Source: Planctomycetota bacterium (GTDB lineage Bacteria > Planctomycetota > B15-G4 > JADJEK01). Taken from it: 58,565 bases of DNA. The position numbers and the translations under genes were made by a program. The DNA is taken from NCBI GenBank assembly GCA_044225365.1, contig JBGAIQ010000033.1:1-58565 (forward strand), written 5' to 3'. A model generated the notes under the pieces. It ran no database searches and was not told where the DNA came from. It was given only the letters and a program-made list of their open reading frames with translations. Below are positions 10,183 through 18,958 of this stretch, piece after piece (within the stretch, counting starts at the first letter, position 1; every line of letters begins with the position of its first letter).

Positions 10183-11697
10183 ATGATTCCGCAGTTCTAC
10201 GTCCGCGAACGCTTCACGCCGATCCTCGTTGCCGGGAGCCTCGCCCTATTCTTCGCTCCAGGAGCGACCGCACAGGACAAGAAGTCGACTCCGGAGGCGA
10301 ACGGCCTCGACTTCGCGCGTTTCGCCGGCAAGACCCGTGACACGCTCGCCGACAAGGCCGGCGGACCGACGGAACGGATCGAGGTCCAGACCACGAACGA
10401 CCACATCGACTACGTCGTCAAGGTCTACGAACTCGCGAATGCGAACTCGGCCGAGGTCTATCAGCTCATCGCCAACGCCGTCGAACTCGAAGGCGGCCGC
10501 GTCGAGCGCATCTCGTCGGGCTCCGATGTCGAGATCCGCAAGCGCGCGGGCGTGTTCTATCGCTACTCGGGCAAGTCCTATCTCATCGTCACCGCGCCGG
10601 AGTGGATGATCGCGTACCTCGATCAGGCGATCGCCAAGCTCGACGTGGAAGGGCTCGAGAAGGCCGCGTTCGGCACCGGTTACTTCTACTACCGTCCGAA
10701 GCACAGGAAGCCGTCCGAACTCGTCGAGCTCGTGACTGCGAGCGTCGCGAGCGGCGTCCAGACGTTCGTGCCCGACGACAGTCGCAATACGATCTACCTC
10801 GAAGACACGCCGAGCTTCGTCGGCGGCATCATGGAGGCGATCGAGCGATTCGATCAACCGGCCGAGCAGATCGAGTGCCTCCTGCGGATCTACGAGATCG
10901 ACGACGATGATGCATCCGACGTCGGCCTCGACTGGCAGGCGTTCAAGAGTTCGGTGAAGAGCGGCGACCTCAGCTTCGAGTGGGGCACTCCCGGCAAGGA
11001 GAACCTCAACATCGAGTCGCTCACCGCGAAGCTCTCGTTCTCTCCCGCGCTCGCCACCCAGTTCCTGAACTACCTCGCGGCGAACGGTCACGCCGAAGTG
11101 ATCTCGGACACGCGCATCTGCGTCGTGAACGGCCGCACTGCGACGCTCGATTCGACGACCCAGATCCCGTACGTGATTCGCAATGAGATCGACGGAGTGC
11201 CCGCCGACAAGCCGCAGACCGACGTGCCGCGCGCAATCGACGGCGACGGGATCATCAAGGAATTCGCCGAGGGCATCCGCATCGAGATCGCGCCGACGAT
11301 CGGCATGGACTCGATCGAGTTCGACGTCACCGCGAGCGTCGCGAGCCATCTCGGCTACACTCCGAATCAAAGCGTCCCGATCATCGCGACGAGCACCGTG
11401 ACGAGCGCGCTCGACATCGAGATCGGCAAGCCGGCCTGCGTCAGCGGACTCGTCCGCACGGTGCACGTGAACGAGCGCGCCGGGATCCCGCTGCTCAAGG
11501 ACCTGCCGTGGGTCGGGCTCCTGTTCTCGCGTGAGGTCGAACGCACGAAGCGCAGCAATCTGTGCATCTGCGTGACTCCGACGCGACAGAGCGCGCCGCC
11601 CGCGAAGTCGTACGTACCGAGCCAGCAGCCGTCGTGGCCCGAAGGGCAGTCGCCTCCAGGCGAGCCATGGCCGTCGGGCAAGCCCGCGGGCAAGTAA
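10183..11697 (+). CDS. Secretin-family (type II/III secretion outer-membrane channel-like) protein
   Basis: AAGGAG RBS before ATG 10183, signal peptide, N3-like repeats (VPDDSRNTIYL), secretin core (FDQPAEQIECLLRIYEI, GLDW, GIRIEIAP, GIPLLKDLPWVGLLFS, ICVTP). Confidence 0.8.
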   Translation: MIPQFYVRERFTPILVAGSLALFFAPGATAQDKKSTPEANGLDFARFAGKTRDTLADKAGGPTERIEVQTTNDHIDYVVKVYELANANSAEVYQLIANAVELEGGRVERISSGSDVEIRKRAGVFYRYSGKSYLIVTAPEWMIAYLDQAIAKLDVEGLEKAAFGTGYFYYRPKHRKPSELVELVTASVASGVQTFVPDDSRNTIYLEDTPSFVGGIMEAIERFDQPAEQIECLLRIYEIDDDDASDVGLDWQAFKSSVKSGDLSFEWGTPGKENLNIESLTAKLSFSPALATQFLNYLAANGHAEVISDTRICVVNGRTATLDSTTQIPYVIRNEIDGVPADKPQTDVPRAIDGDGIIKEFAEGIRIEIAPTIGMDSIEFDVTASVASHLGYTPNQSVPIIATSTVTSALDIEIGKPACVSGLVRTVHVNERAGIPLLKDLPWVGLLFSREVERTKRSNLCICVTPTRQSAPPAKSYVPSQQPSWPEGQSPPGEPWPSGKPAGK

Positions 11698-11828
11698 CCG
11701 CCAGGAACGCACGAAATACGGCCGCGGGCCGATGATGCGACCCGGCCGTCTCTGGACATCGTGCCCGGGAACCGCGACGATACTCCACCAGCACTCGCGA
11801 AGGGCGGGTGCGCGAGGAGGAGGTCGTC

Positions 11829-14117
11829 ATGGTCGCTCGATCGGGTAGCACGATTCTCGTTGGATTGGGGGGCATCGTCCTGGGGCTCGCTGCCGGGCTC
11901 GGAATGGGGATGTTCACGTCGACCAACGAATCACCGACCGCTTCGGCGGAGGGCAGCACGAAGCGAAGCGGCGACGACGCGACGTCGCCGCGTTCGCTCG
12001 AGGCGCCATCGATCGAGAATCGCGCGCCGAGTGCCGCGGGCGACACCGCCGACTCCACGAGCGGCGGATCGGGCGCCGCGCGCGCCGAGGTGGCATCCGA
12101 AGGCGGCGTCGCCGCGGGCACCGCCACGATCACGGGGCGTGTCATCGACTCCGAGGGCAAGGGTCTCGCGGGAGTCGCCGTTCGCTCGAATCCAATGTTC
12201 GACGCCGACGAAGGCCGGGAATCGACGCGCGGCAAGGGCTTCGAGCCGATTCGCTCGCTCGACGAGGAAGTCCAGCGCGCGATCAGCGAATACAAGAAGA
12301 ACGCCGCCGCACGCGCCGAAGCCGTGACCGACGCGGATGGACGCTACGAATTGAAGGGCGTGAGTGCCGGTCGCAACTGGGTGACCGCCGCGCGCGACGG
12401 ACTCGTGTTCGACGCTACGGGGTCGAGCTACGCGAAGGGCGGCGAGACGCTCGACTTCGTCGCGACGTCCGTCGTCGAGGTGCCGATCGAGATCCTGTTG
12501 CCGGATGGCAGTCCTGCGCAACGAGCAAATCTGCGCGTCGATACGGAGCGCATGCGCACGTCTCCGGAACTGTGGACGAGCGCGAAACCACGAATCGTGT
12601 GCAAGCCGGGTTCGTACACGTTGCGCGCCGAGATCGTCCAGGCGCAGTTCAAGGCGAACGGGATCACGGAGGAATGCGCTTCGCCCGCGACGCCGGTCGA
12701 GATCTCCGCCGATCACAACGAGAAGATCACATTGAAGCTCGAGTCGCGCACCGGAATCCGCGGCACGGTCCTTCCGAGTCCGGACCTCGTCGCGGGACAG
12801 AACCTGCGCGTGCGCTGCGTCGATCTGCCGGCGAACGGCGAGTTCGATCCGAAGAAGCTCGGCGATAGCAACGACGGCTCCTGGACCACGATCGGCGGCA
12901 CCTTCGAGTTCTTCGATCTGAAGCCGGGCCGGAAGGAACTGTGCGTCTTCGTCGAATGGCGCGGAGCGGTGATCCATCATCAGCCGGTCGACGTGAAGCC
13001 GGGAGTCAGCCAGGTCTCGATCGATCTCTCGAAGATCGACACGTCCAAGTTCGTGCTCGCGACGCTCACCGACGCCGGAGGAAAGCCCGTCAAGGGCGAC
13101 AACTTCTCGGCCGAGATCCAGTCCGAGCGCAATTCCCGCAGCTCCGAGATCTCGTCGCTCGAGCGCCGAGATCGCAAGGTCTGGCTCGTCCCCGACAGCG
13201 ACGCCGCCGACTACCTCGCCGGCAAGAAGGTCGGCGCCAAGATGACGCTCGATATCCAGACCCAGAAGTACGGAATGAAGAAGGTCGATGTGGCGCCGGG
13301 CACGCGCACGCTCGACGTCAAGTTCGAGAAGCCCGCGTATCTCGAAGTGACGATCGCCGGCTACCCCGGAAGCCCGTACGAGGGAAAGATCAACGTCTCG
13401 GTGCAGAAGGCCGACGGCGAGAGCGGGCGAAGGTTCTACTACGGCGGCGACGATCACAAGGTGAAGCCGGACGGCACCATCAAGCTCGGCCCGGAGGCGC
13501 CTGGCGACTACATGGTCGTGATGACGGCGCGCAATTCCGACGAGAATCAGTGGGAACAGACGACGCTCGTGAACCAGAAGATCACGCTCGTCGAAGGGAC
13601 GAATCGCGTGACGCTCGCCATTCCCTCGCTCAGCAAGCTCACGGTCGTCATCAACGGGGAAGCCGCGGGCCAGCTCTACATGATGTCGATCCCGGCCGGC
13701 GACTACAAAAGCGCTGAGATCACGGACGGCAAGGCCGTCTTCGAGAACCTCGCTCCCGGCGAGTACCAAGTCACCTATCAGGAAGGCGAGAAGATCGGCT
13801 CCGCGAAGGTGCGGATTCCGGACACGTCGACCGTCACCCTCACGCCGTCGGAACCGAACGCGCTGGCGGTCTTCGTCGAGGATACGAATGGAGCGCTCGC
13901 GAAGGCGGGCTTCCACAACGACGACATGATCATCGGAGTCGACGGCAAGGAGTTCGAGGGCGGTTCGATGATGGCGTTCGCTTCGATCGCATCGAAGGAG
14001 AAGTCGAAGGTCGTCGTGCTCCGCGACGGCAAGAAGATCGAACTCGAGATCGCCGGTCGCGATCTGTTGCGCAAGCCCGGCTCGATGGGCGGCACATTGA
14101 TGCCGACCACTCGCTGA
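11829..14117 (+). CDS. Membrane-anchored protein with carboxypeptidase-regulatory-like repeats and a C-terminal PDZ-like domain (paralog 1)
   Basis: GAGGAGG RBS, N-terminal TM helix, ITGRVIDSEGKGLAGV, TDADGRYELKGV, PDZ-like LAKAGFHNDDMIIGVDG..VLRDG. Confidence 0.75.
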   Translation: MVARSGSTILVGLGGIVLGLAAGLGMGMFTSTNESPTASAEGSTKRSGDDATSPRSLEAPSIENRAPSAAGDTADSTSGGSGAARAEVASEGGVAAGTATITGRVIDSEGKGLAGVAVRSNPMFDADEGRESTRGKGFEPIRSLDEEVQRAISEYKKNAAARAEAVTDADGRYELKGVSAGRNWVTAARDGLVFDATGSSYAKGGETLDFVATSVVEVPIEILLPDGSPAQRANLRVDTERMRTSPELWTSAKPRIVCKPGSYTLRAEIVQAQFKANGITEECASPATPVEISADHNEKITLKLESRTGIRGTVLPSPDLVAGQNLRVRCVDLPANGEFDPKKLGDSNDGSWTTIGGTFEFFDLKPGRKELCVFVEWRGAVIHHQPVDVKPGVSQVSIDLSKIDTSKFVLATLTDAGGKPVKGDNFSAEIQSERNSRSSEISSLERRDRKVWLVPDSDAADYLAGKKVGAKMTLDIQTQKYGMKKVDVAPGTRTLDVKFEKPAYLEVTIAGYPGSPYEGKINVSVQKADGESGRRFYYGGDDHKVKPDGTIKLGPEAPGDYMVVMTARNSDENQWEQTTLVNQKITLVEGTNRVTLAIPSLSKLTVVINGEAAGQLYMMSIPAGDYKSAEITDGKAVFENLAPGEYQVTYQEGEKIGSAKVRIPDTSTVTLTPSEPNALAVFVEDTNGALAKAGFHNDDMIIGVDGKEFEGGSMMAFASIASKEKSKVVVLRDGKKIELEIAGRDLLRKPGSMGGTLMPTTR

Positions 14118-14128
14118 AGGAGGTCGAA

Positions 14129-16417
14129 GTGGCGAAGACAATCGTCGCGGGAGTGGCCGGGCTCGTGCTCGGGATCGCGCTCGGAATGGGCGCGGGGATG
14201 TTCTCGACTTCGGCACCGGCCGTCGCCGAGGCCGAGTCCACGAGCGATCCGAGGAACCGAGTCGAGTCCTCCGAGGCCCCGGGCGATCGAGCGATCGAGG
14301 TCCCACGCGTCGCGGAGGAGAGCCACGCTGCGCAACCCGATTCGGATACGAGTTCGGCGCGCTCGGTGGTCACGTCCGAAGCATCGCCGGCGCCGGCGGG
14401 CGACGGCGCCATCAACGGCCGCGTGACCGATATCGACGGCAAAGGGTTGCCGGGCGTCGCCGTTCGTGCTTCGGCCGAATCCGATCGGGAGGAGGCCTCC
14501 CCGTCGCGACGCGGCAAGGGACTGGAGCCCGTGCGAACGCTCGAGGAAGAACTCGCGAACGCGCGTACGAACTATTTCAAGCGAACGCGCGGCATCGTCG
14601 AAACCCTGACGGACGAGAACGGGCAATACGTCCTGAAAGGCGTTTCGCCGGGGAATAGCGTCATCTCCGCGGCGCGCGATGGCTACGTGCTCGAACCGCA
14701 GGGATCGAACTGGGTTCGCGCGGGGGGCACGGTGGACTTCACCGCGACGGGCGTTGCACTGCTGCCGGTCGAAGTCTTACTGCCGAACGGAAGCGCCGCG
14801 ACGCGCGTGAACCTCACGATCCAATCGAATCGATCGGGATCGACCGAGCTATGGACGCGGGAATCGCCCGGGGTCGTGACGAAGCCTGGGAGTTGCAAGT
14901 TGCGAGCCGAACTCGTCGCGGCTCAGCTCTCCGCGAACGGCGTCGCCGACGAAGCGGCCTCGCAATGGCAATCGGTCGACGTCCCTGCCGATCACGCGGA
15001 GAAAGTCACGCTCAAGCTCGAGACGCGCAGTGGCATTCGCGGACGACTCTTGCCCCATCCCGAGCTCGCGATGAGCCAGTCCATTCCGATCCAGAGGATC
15101 GCCCTCGCGGCCGGCGCCGACTACGACCCGACGAAGTCGAAGGATGGCGAAACCGCGACGAGCTGGGCGAGTCCGAACAGCAAGTTCGAGTTCCTCGACC
15201 TCAAGCCGGGCCGCTATGCCATCGTCGCAGCCTCGCGCTACGGCAGCGGGAGCGCGCTCGTCTACGAGGTCGTCGAGGTGGCCGCGGGCATCACGAACTT
15301 GACGCTCGATCTCTCGAAGGCCGACACGTCGAAGTTCATCCTTGCGACGGTCTCGGATACTGCCGGAAGGCTCGTGCGCGACGTGAACTTCTCCGCGATG
15401 CTCAAGGACTCGAACAACTCGTCCTCCGGTGGCGATCTGTTGTGGGGGATGTCCCGTCGCGACGGTAAGTACTGGCTCTCTCCCTCGAACGAAGCGGCGG
15501 ATTTCTTGGCCGGGCGCAGAGCGAATGCGACTCTCGACCTCACCGTGTCGACCGAGGCCACCGGTCCGAAGACGGTCCCCGTCGCGCCGGGTACGAAGAC
15601 GCTCGACATCAAGTTCGGCAAGCCCGCTTCGCTCGACGTGACGGTGAGCAATTATGTCGGGAGCGGCTTCGAGGGCAGGATCAACGTCTCCCTCCGTCGC
15701 GACAAGGATTCGCGAAGCTATGGCGCCTCGGGCGGCATGTTCGGCAAGGGCAATGTGGCAACTGCGGATCAGGGCAAGTTCAAGATCGGACCCGTCGAAC
15801 CCGGTGAGTACACGCTTCGTATGTCGGGCAGCACGAAGAACTCCGATTACTACGAGAACCTGACTCTCGTCGAGCAACCGATCGCGCTCGCCGAAGGAAC
15901 GAACCAGACGACGCTCGCGATCCCGCAGCTCGCACGCTTGACGGTGACGGTCGCAGGCGTGAAGGAAGGCTCCATCCAGCTCGACAATCTGTCGAAGTCC
16001 GGGCGGCGCGGTGGCGAACTCGCGAACGGGCAAGCCGTCATCGATGGCCTGCTCGCGGGCGAGTACCGGGTGACCTACAACGATGGCAACCTGATCGCGG
16101 AGGCGACGATCCACGTGCCCGACACGGCGAACGTCGAACTCCGACCCTTCGAGCCGAACGCGATCGCGATCGAGATCAAGGACGCGAAGGGTGAACTCGC
16201 GAAGGCCGGCTTCCAGGACGGCGATCTGATCGTGGGAATTGGCGGCAAGGCATTCGCCCCCGGTGAAGCCGGAGAAGCCTTCGGATCCCTCGGCAAGGTG
16301 AAGAAGACCGTGCTCGTCCTCCGCGACGGCAAATCGATCGAGATCGAATTCTCCGCAAACAAGGCGCTGCGAAACGGAAAGTCGTCCGGTGGTGGACTCC
16401 GTCTCGCCGCCCATTGA
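14129..16417 (+). CDS. Membrane-anchored carboxypeptidase-regulatory-like/PDZ protein (paralog 2)
   Basis: AAGGAGG RBS; colinear with 11829-14117 along its length (GRVTDIDGKGLPGV, FEFLDLKPG, LAKAGFQDGDLIVGIGG..VLRDG). Confidence 0.75.
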   Translation: MAKTIVAGVAGLVLGIALGMGAGMFSTSAPAVAEAESTSDPRNRVESSEAPGDRAIEVPRVAEESHAAQPDSDTSSARSVVTSEASPAPAGDGAINGRVTDIDGKGLPGVAVRASAESDREEASPSRRGKGLEPVRTLEEELANARTNYFKRTRGIVETLTDENGQYVLKGVSPGNSVISAARDGYVLEPQGSNWVRAGGTVDFTATGVALLPVEVLLPNGSAATRVNLTIQSNRSGSTELWTRESPGVVTKPGSCKLRAELVAAQLSANGVADEAASQWQSVDVPADHAEKVTLKLETRSGIRGRLLPHPELAMSQSIPIQRIALAAGADYDPTKSKDGETATSWASPNSKFEFLDLKPGRYAIVAASRYGSGSALVYEVVEVAAGITNLTLDLSKADTSKFILATVSDTAGRLVRDVNFSAMLKDSNNSSSGGDLLWGMSRRDGKYWLSPSNEAADFLAGRRANATLDLTVSTEATGPKTVPVAPGTKTLDIKFGKPASLDVTVSNYVGSGFEGRINVSLRRDKDSRSYGASGGMFGKGNVATADQGKFKIGPVEPGEYTLRMSGSTKNSDYYENLTLVEQPIALAEGTNQTTLAIPQLARLTVTVAGVKEGSIQLDNLSKSGRRGGELANGQAVIDGLLAGEYRVTYNDGNLIAEATIHVPDTANVELRPFEPNAIAIEIKDAKGELAKAGFQDGDLIVGIGGKAFAPGEAGEAFGSLGKVKKTVLVLRDGKSIEIEFSANKALRNGKSSGGGLRLAAH

Positions 16418-16463
16418 ATTCGTCGTACGAGTCCGTCTCGGACGGCGAAACACTCGATTAGAA

Positions 16464-16505
16464 TCCGGCGACTCGCGTCCGAAGGAGTTCGGAGCGTTCG
16501 CCGGA
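16464..16505 (+). promoter_or_regulatory. Leader hairpin overlapping the RBS of the TPR gene, preceded by a TAGAAT -10-like box
   Basis: TCCGGCGA..TCCGAA-GGAG-TTCGGA..TCGCCGGA; TAGAAT at 16459-16464. Confidence 0.3.
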
Positions 16506-16515
16506 GTCTCGCCCC

Positions 16516-17010
16516 ATGCCCTACGTCATCGCCGCGGTCGTCCTCGTCGCCGCGTTCATCGCCTACCAGATCGTGAAGCCGTCGATGAAGCGCAAGGCCG
16601 CGGTCCGCGCCGCGGTCGCGAAGGCGCGCGCCGCAGCGAGTGATCCCAAGGACCTTCCCTCGCAACTTCGACTCGCGGAAGTCCTCATGTCGCTCGGCGG
16701 CTTGCCGGAGGAGGCGCTCGCGATCCTCGAGAAGATCGAGCGCGACCGGCCGAACTACTGGACTCCGGACCTGAAGCCCACGAAGTTCCTGATCGGCGAA
16801 GCCTACGTCGCGATGGGGAAGCTCGACCTCGGCATCGAAGCGTTCCAGCGCTTCGTGGCGAGCATCCCCGAGTTCGACACGGGCGGCGACAAGGAGAAGA
16901 AGTGGCGGATCGAGACCTTCAAGGTGGACGCCGAGCAACGCATTCGGCTCCTGAAGAAGGGCGACACGCACGTCCACGCACCGGAGCAATGGGGCGATCG
17001 AGTCGAGTGA
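16516..17010 (+). CDS. Membrane-anchored TPR-like protein
   Basis: N-terminal hydrophobic helix; TPR-like helices (LAEVLMSLGG.PEEALAILEK; IGEAYVAMGKLDLGIEAFQRF). Confidence 0.7.
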   Translation: MPYVIAAVVLVAAFIAYQIVKPSMKRKAAVRAAVAKARAAASDPKDLPSQLRLAEVLMSLGGLPEEALAILEKIERDRPNYWTPDLKPTKFLIGEAYVAMGKLDLGIEAFQRFVASIPEFDTGGDKEKKWRIETFKVDAEQRIRLLKKGDTHVHAPEQWGDRVE

Positions 17011-17065
17011 TCGTGCCCTCGTCCCGTAGCGTGTCGATCGACTCCGCCGCCCGTGAAGGCTCAAG

Positions 17066-18055
17066 ATGCCGCTGATCGAAGTTCGTGATCTCGTCAAGGA
17101 ATTCAAGGTCTTCGATCGGCGCGAAGGTCTGAAGGGCGCGTTCAAGGACCTGTTCCATCGCGAACATCGAATGCTGCGCGCGGTCGACGGGATCTCGTTC
17201 TCGATCGAGCGCGGCGAGATGGTCGGCTACCTCGGACCGAACGGCGCCGGCAAGTCGACGACGATCAAGATGCTCACGGGCATCCTCGTGCCTTCATCGG
17301 GGGAAGTGGTGGTGGATGGCATCGTGCCGCATCACGATCGCCAGAAGTACGCGTACCGGATCGGTGTCGTGTTCGGCCAGCGAACGCAGCTCTGGTGGGA
17401 GCTCGCGGTCATCGAGACGTTCCGCTTGCTGGGCCGCATCTACCGAGTGACTCACGAGAAGGTGGAAGCGCGGATCGAGGAACTCACGAAGATCCTCGAA
17501 CTGGGACCGCTGCTGCGGACGCCGGTGCGAAAGCTCAGCCTCGGACAGCGCATGCGCTGCGATCTCGCGGCGAGCCTCATCCACGCGCCTCCGATCCTGT
17601 TCCTCGACGAGCCGACGATCGGACTCGACGTCATCGCGAAGGACTCGGTCCGCGCGTTCCTGCGCGAGATCAACCAGCGCTACCAGACGACGATCCTGCT
17701 CACGACGCACGACCTGCGCGACATCGAAGAACTCTGCTCGCGCGTGATCGTGATCGACAAGGGTCACAAGATCTTCGACGGCGAGCTCTCGGAGATGAAG
17801 CGGCGCCACGCGGGACGCGCGCACGTCGATGTCGAACTCGCCGCGGAGATCGATCCCCTCGCGCTCGAACGTGCCGCGGGCACGAAGGTCGCGTGCGAGC
17901 ACCTCGGCGGCAACAAGTACCGCATGTCGTTCGAGCGCGACGAGCGGAGGCCCGCGGATCTGATCCGCGACGTGATGGCGAAGTTCGAGGTCGCCGAGGT
18001 CGCGATCAACGAGGCATCGATCGAAGAAGTCGTGAAGCGCATCTACGGCGCGTGA
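17066..18055 (+). CDS. ABC-2-type transporter ATP-binding subunit
   Basis: Walker A GPNGAGKST, signature LSLGQRMR, Walker B LFLDEPT, H-loop TTHD. Confidence 0.93.
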   Translation: MPLIEVRDLVKEFKVFDRREGLKGAFKDLFHREHRMLRAVDGISFSIERGEMVGYLGPNGAGKSTTIKMLTGILVPSSGEVVVDGIVPHHDRQKYAYRIGVVFGQRTQLWWELAVIETFRLLGRIYRVTHEKVEARIEELTKILELGPLLRTPVRKLSLGQRMRCDLAASLIHAPPILFLDEPTIGLDVIAKDSVRAFLREINQRYQTTILLTTHDLRDIEELCSRVIVIDKGHKIFDGELSEMKRRHAGRAHVDVELAAEIDPLALERAAGTKVACEHLGGNKYRMSFERDERRPADLIRDVMAKFEVAEVAINEASIEEVVKRIYGA

Positions 18056-18137
18056 CGGCCCCGGTATTCGGCTTCTTCAATCGCCGACGTTCAGGTAGTT
18101 TCGACGCGTTGCGCCACGGTTGAATCGGAGAGAGCTT

Positions 18138-18848
18138 GTGCGTCCTACGATCGCTTTCGACATGGAGACCGTAGGTCACGAGTGGGATCTCCTCGACGAG
18201 CCGACCCAGAAGTACCTCTTGGGGCGCGCGGCGCGAAAATCGGCACGTGAGGGCTTGAAGGACGAGGAGGTCGACGAGCTCGCACACAACACCTTGTCGC
18301 TCTCGCCGGGCACGGGGCGCATCATCGTCATCGCGCTCGTCAATCTCGACTCGGGTCAGGGTGCGCTCCTGTACGAAGGCGATACGGGCTGGATCGACAC
18401 CGATGGTCCGGTCCGCATCTTCCGCGGCACCGAGCAACGCATGCTCCAGGAGTTCTGGCAGCTCATCGAGCGCTACGGACGCGTCGTGACCTACAACGGT
18501 CGCAACTTCGACCTGCCCTTCGCGTACATCCGCTCCGCGATCCACAACGTGAAGCCCACGCGCAACCTGCTCGGCAATCGTTATTCGATCGCCGAGCACT
18601 GCGATCTCTCCGAGGTGCTCACCTTCTTCGGTGCGGCGCAGGAGCGATTCTCGCTCGACTACTGGTGCCGTCGCTTCGGACTGCACTCGCCGAAGAGCGA
18701 GGGCATCGACGGCTCGCAGGTCGGCGAGTTCTACCGCGCCGGCCGTTTGCACGAGATCGCGAAGTACTGCCAGCGCGACGCCGAAGCGACGGGCCAGCTC
18801 TACCGCAAGCTCGAGCACAATCTCGTCGACATGTACCTGCGCCGCTGA
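18138..18848 (+). CDS. Stand-alone PolB-like 3'-5' exonuclease (RNase H-like fold)
   Basis: ExoI FDMET, ExoII TYNGRNFD, ExoIII YCQRD; start uncertain (18120 or 18138). Confidence 0.8.
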   Translation: MRPTIAFDMETVGHEWDLLDEPTQKYLLGRAARKSAREGLKDEEVDELAHNTLSLSPGTGRIIVIALVNLDSGQGALLYEGDTGWIDTDGPVRIFRGTEQRMLQEFWQLIERYGRVVTYNGRNFDLPFAYIRSAIHNVKPTRNLLGNRYSIAEHCDLSEVLTFFGAAQERFSLDYWCRRFGLHSPKSEGIDGSQVGEFYRAGRLHEIAKYCQRDAEATGQLYRKLEHNLVDMYLRR

Positions 18849-18958
18849 CGCGGCGACGGAAATCGCGAACCGTCTGTCGCCGCCCGCAATCGATTGCGTC
18901 CTCCTCGGCGGTCCTCGACCTCCTTCTTCGGGTCGGGGCGAGAACAGGAGGCCACGAC

